A stretch of DNA of 60,764 nt, the filler included. It is 3 parts of 3 records of this genome, joined end to end, with 100 filler letters (N's around TTAATTAATTAA, not from the genome) between each part and the next. Parts side by side here need not be neighbours in the genome. Positions count along the whole stretch, not along the records: positions 1 to 28,147 come from SRR20825006_467; 2 more parts are not named here. One strand, given 5' to 3'. Each line of letters starts with the position of its first letter. The first letter of the stretch is position 1. The translations under genes were made by a program, and so were the position numbers. The notes beneath the pieces are model-generated. The model searched no databases and was not told the origin of the DNA. It saw nothing but the letters and a program-made list of their open reading frames with translations. This document shows positions 17,722-27,195 of this stretch, one piece after another.

Positions 17722-19145
17722 CGCGGGCTGACCGATGGCTGTTCAATCCAGTCCGACTGATCGGTATCTGCCCTTTCTTCCGTGAGGCTCGTGTTCCAGC
17801 TTTGCGTCGCCGCCGGGTCCCATTGCCTGTAATACGTGCTGAAACGAATTGGCAAAAAGGGCTGGGGTGGCTTTGATATTGATCCGGGACTGGTATTGTC
17901 GGTTGTCTCTGACACAACGGCTTGCGCGCGATATCCCGCATCAAAAAACCGTCTTGAGATTTCAGGCATCGTTCCTGCTGCCATCGCTTCACGCATCATG
18001 GGTTCGGGATACATTGCCACCACCCGAAGCACCGCCTTCATAACGATCAATTCCATCAGAAAACTGCCTGTCCCGCCGGGCATGAGCATCTGCGTCAATG
18101 CCAGAACCCGATCCAGAGCCAGCAAGACCATCCTGAAATCCTCTGGCCCCAGATTGCCTTCGCTTGTCACCACATCCCGGCCCAACAATCTTGCAATCAG
18201 GGCATCGACCGTATCGTCAATTTCCACAGTGTCGTTTTCGGATAGCTGATCGGTCAGGAATTGCATGATCTGGCTTGCATTTGCCTCAGCCGCTTCGATT
18301 TCAGGTGGGGGTAAAACCACCTGTCCGCTGGCATCGGCAGGTGTCAACACAAGCCAGATCGCAAATCCGACAGTCACGACCCAACCTGCCGCGCGGTAAA
18401 ATCGTCCAGCCCATGCCCGCAAGATTGCCGGAATGATACCCCCGGCAAACCGCCAAAGCCCGCGGCCATACCGTGGCCCCATCGTGCGCGGTGCCATGGC
18501 AATGCGCCATGCAAATTCCAGCCCGCATCGCTGCATCATCGCTGGTGCCCGCCTGATATCACCGGCCAGGACATCAAAGGCCCCCCCAACCCCCATGATA
18601 AAACGGCATCCGGTTTTCGGCCCGTAATTCACCACAAACGCATCCTTGCGCGGACTGGGAAGGGCAACAAACACCACGTCCGCACCGCTGGCTCGAACCT
18701 TTTCGGCCAGTTTGGAATCATCGGGGTCGTAACCGTGATGGCCCCCGGCAATGATCAGTTCGGGAAAATCGCGGCGAAGGCGTGCTTGCACGCGATGCAG
18801 AACATCATCGCGTGCGCCTAGCAAAAAGACCGAATATCCCGCCGCCTCAAACCTTGGCAAAAGGCTTTCCATCAAATCAATGCCTGTCACCCGTTCGGGC
18901 ACCGCAAGGCCCAGCAATCGCGCCGCCCAGACAATCCCCATCCCATCCGCCGACAGGCAATCGGCCTGTGCCAAAACACGCCAAAGATCGCCATCCCGAC
19001 ACGCTTGTGCGAATTTGACCGCATTTAACGACAAATGGCGGAAACAGCCTTCTTGATGGATATTGGAACAGATGTGATCGGCCAATGACGCCTGCCTGCG
19101 CAAATCAAGCGTCAGGCCGAAAAAGTCCCCCCGGTCGCTGGTCAT
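17718..19145 (-). CDS. WecB/TagA/CpsF (GT26) glycosyltransferase with TM and C-terminal extension
   Basis: ADGMGIVWA, ERVTGIDLM, GVGGAFDV.AG, RAP..MQ..GLE; about 230 extra residues. Confidence 0.85.
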   Translation of the reverse strand: MTSDRGDFFGLTLDLRRQASLADHICSNIHQEGCFRHLSLNAVKFAQACRDGDLWRVLAQADCLSADGMGIVWAARLLGLAVPERVTGIDLMESLLPRFEAAGYSVFLLGARDDVLHRVQARLRRDFPELIIAGGHHGYDPDDSKLAEKVRASGADVVFVALPSPRKDAFVVNYGPKTGCRFIMGVGGAFDVLAGDIRRAPAMMQRCGLEFAWRIAMAPRTMGPRYGRGLWRFAGGIIPAILRAWAGRFYRAAGWVVTVGFAIWLVLTPADASGQVVLPPPEIEAAEANASQIMQFLTDQLSENDTVEIDDTVDALIARLLGRDVVTSEGNLGPEDFRMVLLALDRVLALTQMLMPGGTGSFLMELIVMKAVLRVVAMYPEPMMREAMAAGTMPEISRRFFDAGYRAQAVVSETTDNTSPGSISKPPQPFLPIRFSTYYRQWDPAATQSWNTSLTEERADTDQSDWIEQPSVSPR

Positions 19146-19285
19146 CCCCGCCGATCTCTCCCCAATGTCCCTTTATATGATGGCTGCAATTGTTCGCACC
19201 CCGACAACCATCTGACAAAGCATTGAAATTCAAAGTAACTTATGATTGTTTTGTCATCAAGACAAACACCAAAGAGTGATGGCGC

Positions 19286-20413
19286 GTGAAGATCATTCTG
19301 CTTACGAATATCGTTCCGCCCTACCGGCAACGCGCCTATGGCATGTTGGCCAGCCTTGTTCATGCCTGCAACCCGGCCCGAAATCCAGATGGCGACTTCC
19401 ACGTCATCTGCACCCAGCGTCAAGAACCCCAACGCGCGTGGCCGATGCTGACCGGCGATTTCGCCCAATCAATCCTGCCCGGCATCAAAATCCCGCTTGG
19501 TGAAAATCGCGTGATCCCGATTAATTTCGGCTTAATCCGCGCCCTTGACGCCGCCCGGCCTGATGTCCTGATCATTGCCGGTTTCGGACTGGCACAATGG
19601 CAGGCACATCTTTATGCCCGCCGACACAATATCCCAACCATTTTACAGTTTGATGGTTGGGCCGGATCGGACGCCACCTATCAAAACCGTCTTCGCGATT
19701 GCATCCGGAAAACGATGATCGCGCATGCCAAAATCTGCATTGCCGCCGGGGAAAATGGCCAAGACTGGTTTGTCAAATCCGGCAAGGTCAGAAATAATAT
19801 CCTGATCGCCCCCATCCCGCCTTCCTTCAAGGCTCCCAATCATCTTCACGGCTTTGATGACCGTCCTGTCGATCTTTTATGGTGCGGAAGACCAACATTA
19901 TCCAAGGGCTTCGAAACCTTCCTTGAAATTGCAGCCGGACTACACCGCCAAGGCCACGCAAAGCGTATACAAATCGTCGGGGCCTGCGACCAGAATGACC
20001 TTGCAAACCGGCTTACTGGATTAGGCCTGAGCAAGGCCACCGACCATATGCCCGAAATCCCCCCGGCGAAATTGCCCGGCATCTATCAGCAGGCCAAACT
20101 CTGCCTCCTGCCCAGCCGCAATGATGCCTATGGCGTCACCGTGATCGAGGCCATTGCATGCGGCACTGTCGCCCTCGCAAGCAACCGGGTCGGCTGCGTT
20201 CCCGATATTCTCGGCACCGCCGAAATTCTGCCTTGCAACATCGTGCCCGCATGGATGACGGCCTGCGCGCGATTGCTAAGTGATCGCGCCGCATGGCAGA
20301 AAACCCAAGCCCGGCAGCATTCCCGCATCGCCAACAACAGCCCAGCCCATCACGCCGAAACCATCTTGCGGGCTTGCAAGATGGCAAACAGCGCGGAGGT
20401 GCCTGATGCATAA
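19286..20413 (+). CDS. Glycosyltransferase family 4
   Basis: LTNIVPPYR, GR...SKG, PSRNDAYGVTVIEAIACG. Confidence 0.88.
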   Translation: MKIILLTNIVPPYRQRAYGMLASLVHACNPARNPDGDFHVICTQRQEPQRAWPMLTGDFAQSILPGIKIPLGENRVIPINFGLIRALDAARPDVLIIAGFGLAQWQAHLYARRHNIPTILQFDGWAGSDATYQNRLRDCIRKTMIAHAKICIAAGENGQDWFVKSGKVRNNILIAPIPPSFKAPNHLHGFDDRPVDLLWCGRPTLSKGFETFLEIAAGLHRQGHAKRIQIVGACDQNDLANRLTGLGLSKATDHMPEIPPAKLPGIYQQAKLCLLPSRNDAYGVTVIEAIACGTVALASNRVGCVPDILGTAEILPCNIVPAWMTACARLLSDRAAWQKTQARQHSRIANNSPAHHAETILRACKMANSAEVPDA

Positions 20414-21602
20414 CCGCGTTTTGGCCCGTGATGCCCCGGTCTGGATGATTGGCCGCAATGACCAGCTCCGCATTCTCGCCGCCCATCTAGCACACCATAA
20501 CCGGCTGGTCCGCTGGGACAGTTTCTGGCGTCATGACGGTAGCGGTTTTCTCACCCCCCCGGCCCGGCGGGTGGAACCACATCTTTCCAATGTTCCCGGC
20601 CGACATCTCTTGCCCGATATTATGGGAAAGCTCGCACAAAAGCTTCACCTTCCCGCGCGAAACCTCTATTCCGATCTGCCTCTGTCGTGGCTGGCGCGGC
20701 TCCATATGCCCGATGCCCGCATCCTCCACGGTCAGGGAAATTACAGCCTTCCCGCCATGCGAGCTGCCCGTGCACATGGCATGACGATCATTTCGGATGT
20801 CACCGGCCAGCTTGCCCCGGTCCGCCATCGCCAGCTCGCCGACGAATATCACCATCACGGTTTGCGTTATCGCGAGATATCAAACTTCCTTGCCCGCCGC
20901 CGCATCGCAGAAGCCCGATTTGCCGATGGCGTTTTTGCCCCCTCCGACGTGGTTGCCGCCGGACTTGAAGAATGCGGCATTGATCCGGCACGCATTCATC
21001 TGGTTCCCTTTGCGTCCGGCCTGTGTTCTCAATTGGTCAAGGCCGAACGAACGACACAAAATCCCGGCATCACCCGCCTTCTCTATGTCGGCAATATCTC
21101 GATTGCCAAGGGCATCCGAATTCTGATCGAAGCCTTCCGTGCGCTGCGCACCCGTCTTGGGCCGTCCATCACGCTTGATCTGATCGGTGCGGCACAGCCC
21201 TGTGCGTTCGCCTATCTTTCCAAACTGCCGCAAGGTTGCGTCTGGCACGGCGCAATGCCACAGGCGAAGCTTGCCGAGCACTTGCTCTCCGACGATATAT
21301 TCGTCTTCCCCAGCCTGTCCGAAGGCAGCAGTCTTGCCGTGCTTGAAGCCATGGCGGCTGGCTGTGCCGTGATCACGACCCCAGATGCCGGAAGCCCAAT
21401 TACCCATCAAAAAAATGGGCTCCTGATCCAGCCCCGCGATAGCAACGCTCTGATTGACGCCATCCAGGCCCTGCATGCCGCACCGGCACGTGTTCAGGCA
21501 CTTGGCGTCGCCGCCCGCGACCTGATCGCAACCAATATCACCATGGATTACGGCACCCGATCCGAAGCCGCCTATGAAAGGGTTCTTGCCCACCATGCAT
21601 AG
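20406..21602 (+). CDS. Glycosyltransferase family 4
   Basis: YVGNISIAKG, FPSLSEGSSLAVLEAMAAG; ATG overlaps the upstream gene end. Confidence 0.88.
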   Translation: MHNRVLARDAPVWMIGRNDQLRILAAHLAHHNRLVRWDSFWRHDGSGFLTPPARRVEPHLSNVPGRHLLPDIMGKLAQKLHLPARNLYSDLPLSWLARLHMPDARILHGQGNYSLPAMRAARAHGMTIISDVTGQLAPVRHRQLADEYHHHGLRYREISNFLARRRIAEARFADGVFAPSDVVAAGLEECGIDPARIHLVPFASGLCSQLVKAERTTQNPGITRLLYVGNISIAKGIRILIEAFRALRTRLGPSITLDLIGAAQPCAFAYLSKLPQGCVWHGAMPQAKLAEHLLSDDIFVFPSLSEGSSLAVLEAMAAGCAVITTPDAGSPITHQKNGLLIQPRDSNALIDAIQALHAAPARVQALGVAARDLIATNITMDYGTRSEAAYERVLAHHA

Positions 21603-22734
21603 GTTCCGCACGTATATTTATCCGCTCTGGATGCTCTCAGCCAATCTGATCACACGCCTTGGCGGAATGATCATTCTGCTTTTGATCGGCCATCATTTCG
21701 CCCCCGATCAGTTAGGGGCCTATTTCGCGGCCGTTGCCACCATCGGCCTTGCCGTAACCATCGCGCAGGCCGGATGCGGCCTGCTTCTGATCCGGCTCTA
21801 TCAGGCAAACCAGCGCCGCGCCGCCTTCGCACTTTGTGCGCTTCGCCTCACACTCGCTATCGCGGCAACCGCGTTTGTCGTCATCATGACAGACATCCCC
21901 CCATCGCCGATCCTTCTGATGCCCATGGTCGCGGCTATTGCCCCGGACTGGATCATCACGGCACGCGGTCAGCTTTCCAAAATCGCCCTGATCGCCGTTC
22001 TAGGACAAATCGCCGGAATCACCGTCGCTTTCGTTGCCATCGTCACCCAAAGCAATCTGGCCCTCTTTGCCATCGCACCAGCAATCTCACTGGCAAGCCT
22101 GATCGCTGGTGCCTTGCTTGCCCTTCGCGATCATGCCACTCACCCAACTGCCATAACCAAAATCACCCGCAGCCCGATGATCAATCTGATCGGCTTCACG
22201 CTGCTGGCTGGCGCACTCCCCAATCTTGATTTCGTGCTGCTCGGCAGAAATCTGCCCGACGCAGCGCACGCCAATCTGATGCTGGCCCAACGCATCTTCC
22301 TGATCACGGCGGCGATCATCGCCAGCATTTCGGCGGCATTATTTGCCAAAAAGCAGGCCGGGCTGCTCCGCGATATCTGGCTGATCGCACCACCGCTTGC
22401 CATGACTGCAATACTTATGATGCTGCCCAAAACGCTTGCCCTGCTTTTTTACGGCACTGTCAATGCCGACCTCGTCGCCTTGTTGCGCACAGGGGCCTTC
22501 TGGCCCGTGCTGCTTGCGATGGTCTCGCGTCAAATCCTGATATCGCAGGAAACCGAAAACCAGTTCTTCCCCGGCTGGATTTGCCTTGCCCTTATGGTTG
22601 TCTCAGGCGTGCTTCTTCCGGCTTCCCCTCATGAAACCGATGCTGTGATCATTATGCAGCTTCGCCTGAGCCTCTGCCTGATCCTGATCGCGATATGTCA
22701 CCGCAATCCCATTTTGCGGAACAAACCGGCATGA
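21595..22734 (+). CDS. Wzx-like oligosaccharide flippase
   Basis: Polytopic; N-terminal ANLITRLGG...PDQLGAY pattern; position among GT genes. Confidence 0.65.
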   Translation: MHRFRTYIYPLWMLSANLITRLGGMIILLLIGHHFAPDQLGAYFAAVATIGLAVTIAQAGCGLLLIRLYQANQRRAAFALCALRLTLAIAATAFVVIMTDIPPSPILLMPMVAAIAPDWIITARGQLSKIALIAVLGQIAGITVAFVAIVTQSNLALFAIAPAISLASLIAGALLALRDHATHPTAITKITRSPMINLIGFTLLAGALPNLDFVLLGRNLPDAAHANLMLAQRIFLITAAIIASISAALFAKKQAGLLRDIWLIAPPLAMTAILMMLPKTLALLFYGTVNADLVALLRTGAFWPVLLAMVSRQILISQETENQFFPGWICLALMVVSGVLLPASPHETDAVIIMQLRLSLCLILIAICHRNPILRNKPA

Positions 22735-23474
22735 AGAAATTGCAGGCCGAAATCATCAATAACCGCCTCATCACCGGCCAGTATGGCGATATCCGTTTCG
22801 GGCCCTGGAGTTTTGAATGCTCTGATAGGTACTCTTTCGTCACACTCAGCGATCAATGCCGCAACACACGCCAGGTTGGCGATCACTGGCAACTGGCCGA
22901 AGGCGACTGGGCGCTTGATTACCAGACAAGCCGGATTGATCCCGCAACGCTTCGCATCCGGACAACACTCTCCGCCCGCCGAGATGGGCTGTTACAGGAT
23001 GCCGTCATCCGGCTGATCTTTGACAAACCCACCATTCAAACCGGCGAAATTGCTGGTCGCAAATATCACCACACCGACAGTGACAGATACCGCCTGTATC
23101 CCGTCCGCACCGTCCGACTGATGGGAACCGATGGCACAATCATTTCCGTCACGCTTGATCGTTATGACGGGGCCGGTCGCTTTGCGCCCTATATGTACCT
23201 GCGTGATCGCGGCGATCACTGGATCATTCACGCCCGCCTGCTGCCAATCGCCCCGGTTGATCACGTCTGGTTGCGCTGGGCCAACCGATTTTTCACTCTG
23301 TCCGCCCCGGATTGGCTGGCGCATCTGGTCTGGAATTTTCCGGGTGGCAAAGCTGTTTTCTGGCGCTTGCGCGAACGACTTGGCCGACGCTGTCCCGAAA
23401 TACAGGCAGTCCCGCTTAACAGGCTGAAATCAAGTCAGTCCCTGATGCTGGAGGTCACATGTCGTTTCGCTTAG
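22731..23474 (+). CDS. Hypothetical protein (beta-rich, EPS operon)
   Basis: ATGA coupling with the flippase gene; no recognisable motif. Confidence 0.6.
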   Translation: MKKLQAEIINNRLITGQYGDIRFGPWSFECSDRYSFVTLSDQCRNTRQVGDHWQLAEGDWALDYQTSRIDPATLRIRTTLSARRDGLLQDAVIRLIFDKPTIQTGEIAGRKYHHTDSDRYRLYPVRTVRLMGTDGTIISVTLDRYDGAGRFAPYMYLRDRGDHWIIHARLLPIAPVDHVWLRWANRFFTLSAPDWLAHLVWNFPGGKAVFWRLRERLGRRCPEIQAVPLNRLKSSQSLMLEVTCRFA

Positions 23475-24937
23475 TACAATCTGATTTGCAGGAACGCTGC
23501 CTTCGCCTTGCGCGTTTGATTGCCGATCAACTGGCCAATCAGCAGTTCGAAAATGGCGATTTCCCCCAGCACAGCTTTTACGCCAAGGCCTATGCCGTCG
23601 CCCTTTGGCAAAACCTTGGTGACGATCACTACACTGCGAAAATTAGGGCGGCCGTCAATGCGCTGAAAACCGAAATCCAGGACCACAGTTATCATCGCGA
23701 ATTCATCGAATACGCACTGGAAAACTGCCCGGACATAAACGCCGAAACCCGTAATGCCATCTTGCGAAACGCCCCATACCAATCGCCCAATGTCGCAAAC
23801 TGGCACATCCTTGCAATGCACATCCGCCAATCCGGTTCATGGCGGGATAAACTGCGTGCAAAACTGGACTGGCTTTATATTCGTACCCGCTTCTGGCGCG
23901 CACCAGTCTTCATGGACCGCCCCGGCTGTTTTTCCGCGCAATATCATGCCTTGTGCGTCGCCTTGCTGACCGATAGCCCTATGCCAGCCCAACGCAAAAT
24001 CGCGGCGAAGGCCACTGATCTGATTGCCCGACTTTGCGCAACAACAGGCATCCCCAACCTTGTCGGGCGCGGTGCCGGACAGAGCTTTGGCGCAATGACC
24101 GCCCTTTATGCCCTGCTCAAACACGGCTATCGCGCTGAGGCCGAAGCCATCCTGTTTCGCCTTGAACAGACATTGCTGCAAACCGAAACACTGCCACTCA
24201 ACCTGCTTGCCTCCAATCCTTTGCCAGATGATCCAGGCCCGGATAATCCACAAACACCGGGCTGGTACAGCTATAACCGGCATTACGATTATCTGGCTTT
24301 CACCGGATTCTGGCTGCTGCGCGCAGCAATCGATAGTTCGCCCGAACATGCACCAACAATTGGCGCCAATGCCGATTTCCTGCTGATACACGACACCGAT
24401 CATTATCACGCCCGAATGTGCCTGCGCGGAAAGTCGTCCTATGAGATCACCCCCGCGCCGGTGTTGATCACAAACGGTCATGTGTTCCTGCCTCCCTCCG
24501 GCGGAGAAGAAGACTTTTCAAGCCTTTATGGCCCAGCATCACTGCCACTTCCGGCCTTTGCCGATCAACAGGCGTGCAGCACCTTCACATCCGGCACGAT
24601 AAGCGATAGCACCGCAAAGATCTTATTCAGACTGGCAGGCCGCCGGGGCCAGCGCGACATCACATTCAACGAGAACGAAATTGTCATTCATGATCAGGTC
24701 GATACAGACAGCCTATCCGACCTGCATCTGTTCCGCCTGCTGGTCCCCGCCGGTTTGGCCTTCGAAAAACCCGGCGAAAACCGGATTGATTTTCCCGATT
24801 TGAACCTCCATCTGATCGCGGACCAACCGCTCCATATCACCGATGATGGCCTGTTTGCCGTGACCGGCCCGGTCAGAACGATCTTTGTCCCGAACCAAGG
24901 CACCGCAGCACTTCGCATCCTCTGGAGACCCTCATGA
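23459..24937 (+). CDS. Hypothetical protein, possible alpha-toroid plus beta-sandwich (heparinase II/III-like) fold
   Basis: Helical N-half with SAQYHA, GRGAGQSFG, GWYSYNRHYDY and a beta-rich C-half; fold is inferred. Confidence 0.55.
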   Translation: MSFRLVQSDLQERCLRLARLIADQLANQQFENGDFPQHSFYAKAYAVALWQNLGDDHYTAKIRAAVNALKTEIQDHSYHREFIEYALENCPDINAETRNAILRNAPYQSPNVANWHILAMHIRQSGSWRDKLRAKLDWLYIRTRFWRAPVFMDRPGCFSAQYHALCVALLTDSPMPAQRKIAAKATDLIARLCATTGIPNLVGRGAGQSFGAMTALYALLKHGYRAEAEAILFRLEQTLLQTETLPLNLLASNPLPDDPGPDNPQTPGWYSYNRHYDYLAFTGFWLLRAAIDSSPEHAPTIGANADFLLIHDTDHYHARMCLRGKSSYEITPAPVLITNGHVFLPPSGGEEDFSSLYGPASLPLPAFADQQACSTFTSGTISDSTAKILFRLAGRRGQRDITFNENEIVIHDQVDTDSLSDLHLFRLLVPAGLAFEKPGENRIDFPDLNLHLIADQPLHITDDGLFAVTGPVRTIFVPNQGTAALRILWRPS

Positions 24938-25671
24938 CCAAGGATGATGCGATCACCGTGATCACTACGGTTCGGGATGGCGATGCCTTTCTGGAACGCT
25001 ATTTTGCCAATCTTTACAAAATTCTGCGCCCGCAGGATGGTGTCATCCTTGTCGATGATGGTTCGGTAAACCCGGTCATGCTTCCCGACCAACCTGCAAA
25101 GATCAAACTGATCCGCAGCACTCCGATTGGCAGGGGAGCCGCCCTTAATCTTGCCATTTCCAATGCGACAACCCGCCTGATTGCCATTCAGGATATCGAT
25201 GATGTGTCTCACCCGGATCGCCTGTCGATACAGGCGGCCTTTCTCATGGATCTTCCAAACGCCCTTGCCTTCGCCGCAGGACAAAAAACAGCCACGCCAA
25301 ACGCCAGCAACCCGTGGCAACAAATCCCGGCCACACGGCTTTATCGCAGCAACCCGCTGCATCACTCGTCATTGGCGTTTCATCGCGATATATGGGAAAT
25401 GGCCAGTGGCTATGACACGGTACTGCCGTGCTGCATTGATCTTGATTTTTATCTGCGCACAGCAAGCCTGCCCATGACCTCCATCTGGCAGTTTCGCCGA
25501 CAATTGATTACGCGAAACACTAATCCCGCGACACGCTATTTTGCATCCATCCCCGACCCTGTCTATCAAGAAACTTTGCGCATTGTTCTGGCGCGACATC
25601 GCCGGGCTATCGCGCCACCACATTGGATGCGCATTTTCGATCTGAAACGTTTGTCGGGGATTGGCCGATGA
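24934..25671 (+). CDS. Glycosyltransferase family 2
   Basis: LVDDGS, GRGAALN, QDIDD..HPDRL. Confidence 0.88.
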   Translation: MTKDDAITVITTVRDGDAFLERYFANLYKILRPQDGVILVDDGSVNPVMLPDQPAKIKLIRSTPIGRGAALNLAISNATTRLIAIQDIDDVSHPDRLSIQAAFLMDLPNALAFAAGQKTATPNASNPWQQIPATRLYRSNPLHHSSLAFHRDIWEMASGYDTVLPCCIDLDFYLRTASLPMTSIWQFRRQLITRNTNPATRYFASIPDPVYQETLRIVLARHRRAIAPPHWMRIFDLKRLSGIGR

Positions 25672-26759
25672 CGAAACCACCGCGGATCATTGCCTTGGTG
25701 CAACTGCCCCCGCCGATGCACGGGGCGGCAACCATGAATGAACGGGCTTCGGTCGCGCTTCGCAAAATCTGTGATGTGACAGTGCTTGAAATGCGCTTTG
25801 CCAAAAATCCCCGCGATATTGCCAGGATGAGATTGGGTAAACTGGTTATGGCTCTGGGACTTTGGCTAAAACTATTGCTCGCACTCCGGCGAAAACCCGA
25901 TGCACTTTATATCTGCTTTGCCCCAACTGGGGGCGCGTTTTATCGAGATTGTCTTTATGTGATGACAGCCAAAATCCTTGGCATCGCAACCATACTGCAT
26001 CTGCATGGCCGTGGATTGCAAACCGGGCGCAGCCAATGGTTAATCGCATTTTTGCAACGCCATGCCTTTGCCGGGCAAACCGCCATTATTCTGGGCAAGG
26101 CGTTGCGCACTGAAATTGATGGCCTTCAATGCCGATCAAAAATCATCGCCAATTGCCTGCCCGATACGGCCTTCAAGATCAATCACGACCCGATCAGCAC
26201 CACAACGCCGCGTCTGCTTTATCTATCAAACCTTTTTCGCAGCAAAGGTATCGATGATGTGCTGGCGGCCTGTGCAATTCTCAAACAGCGTAATATCGAT
26301 TTCGCGCTTGATATCGCCGGCACCGAAGGCGACCTCTCAACCTGCGAACTTTCACAATTGATCCACAATTTGAATCTTTCGGATCACTGCCGTTATCACG
26401 GTCCGGTCGATGCGGATATCCGCACCAAACTTCTATCCAACGCCAACCTCTTTCTGTTTCCGTCACGCTACCCGAACGAAGCTCAACCTCTTGTCGTGCT
26501 CGAAGCCATGGCCGCAGGAGTTCCCGTCGTCAGCTCCACCATCGGAACTTTGGTTGATATCGTTCGCGATGGCGAAACCGGCCGCATCTGCCAGCCCGGC
26601 AATCCGGAAATGCTGGCAAATATTGTTTCAGATGCCCTGACCCAACCAACCGAAACCCACGAAATGGCGCGGGCTGCAAAGGCCTTTTGCAACCAGCACT
26701 TCCGGGCAAATCGGTTTGAGAAGGAACTTCAACAACTGATCAAGGAAATCATTTCTTGA
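25668..26759 (+). CDS. Glycosyltransferase family 4
   Basis: LPPPMHG, YLSNLFRSKG, FPSRYPNEAQPLVVLEAMAAG. Confidence 0.9.
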   Translation: MTKPPRIIALVQLPPPMHGAATMNERASVALRKICDVTVLEMRFAKNPRDIARMRLGKLVMALGLWLKLLLALRRKPDALYICFAPTGGAFYRDCLYVMTAKILGIATILHLHGRGLQTGRSQWLIAFLQRHAFAGQTAIILGKALRTEIDGLQCRSKIIANCLPDTAFKINHDPISTTTPRLLYLSNLFRSKGIDDVLAACAILKQRNIDFALDIAGTEGDLSTCELSQLIHNLNLSDHCRYHGPVDADIRTKLLSNANLFLFPSRYPNEAQPLVVLEAMAAGVPVVSSTIGTLVDIVRDGETGRICQPGNPEMLANIVSDALTQPTETHEMARAAKAFCNQHFRANRFEKELQQLIKEIIS

Positions 26760-26817
26760 TCTCTTTAACCACGCCTGCCCAAATATCCAGCAAGCCTCAA
26801 TCGTGAAAGATACCGTC

Positions 26818-27183
26818 ATGACCCGCGATGAATTCAACGCATTTTGCCAATCGCTGCCCGTGACAACGCATGTCGTGCAATGGGGCGGGGCGGATGTCTG
26901 GAAAGTCGGCGGCAAGGTCTTTGCGATTGGCGGCTGGACCAAGGGCCATACGATTGGCATTACCTTCAAGGTGTCCGACATCGCCTACGAGGTTTTAAAG
27001 GAACGACCCGGTTTGCGCCCTGCCCCGTATCTTGCCTCGCGCGGGATGAAATGGATCCAGCATTATGACGCACCGGGACTTGATGATGCGAGCCTGCGTG
27101 ACCATTTGGCAGAATCCCACAAAATCGTCTCGCGCGGCCTGACCAAAAAGATGCAGCGCGAGCTTAATCTGTATCAGGAATAA
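26818..27183 (+). CDS. MmcQ/YjbR family protein
   Basis: VWKVGGKVFA, PAPYLASRGMKW, LTKK. Confidence 0.88.
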   Translation: MTRDEFNAFCQSLPVTTHVVQWGGADVWKVGGKVFAIGGWTKGHTIGITFKVSDIAYEVLKERPGLRPAPYLASRGMKWIQHYDAPGLDDASLRDHLAESHKIVSRGLTKKMQRELNLYQE

Positions 27184-27195
27184 ACGGCGCGGCTT

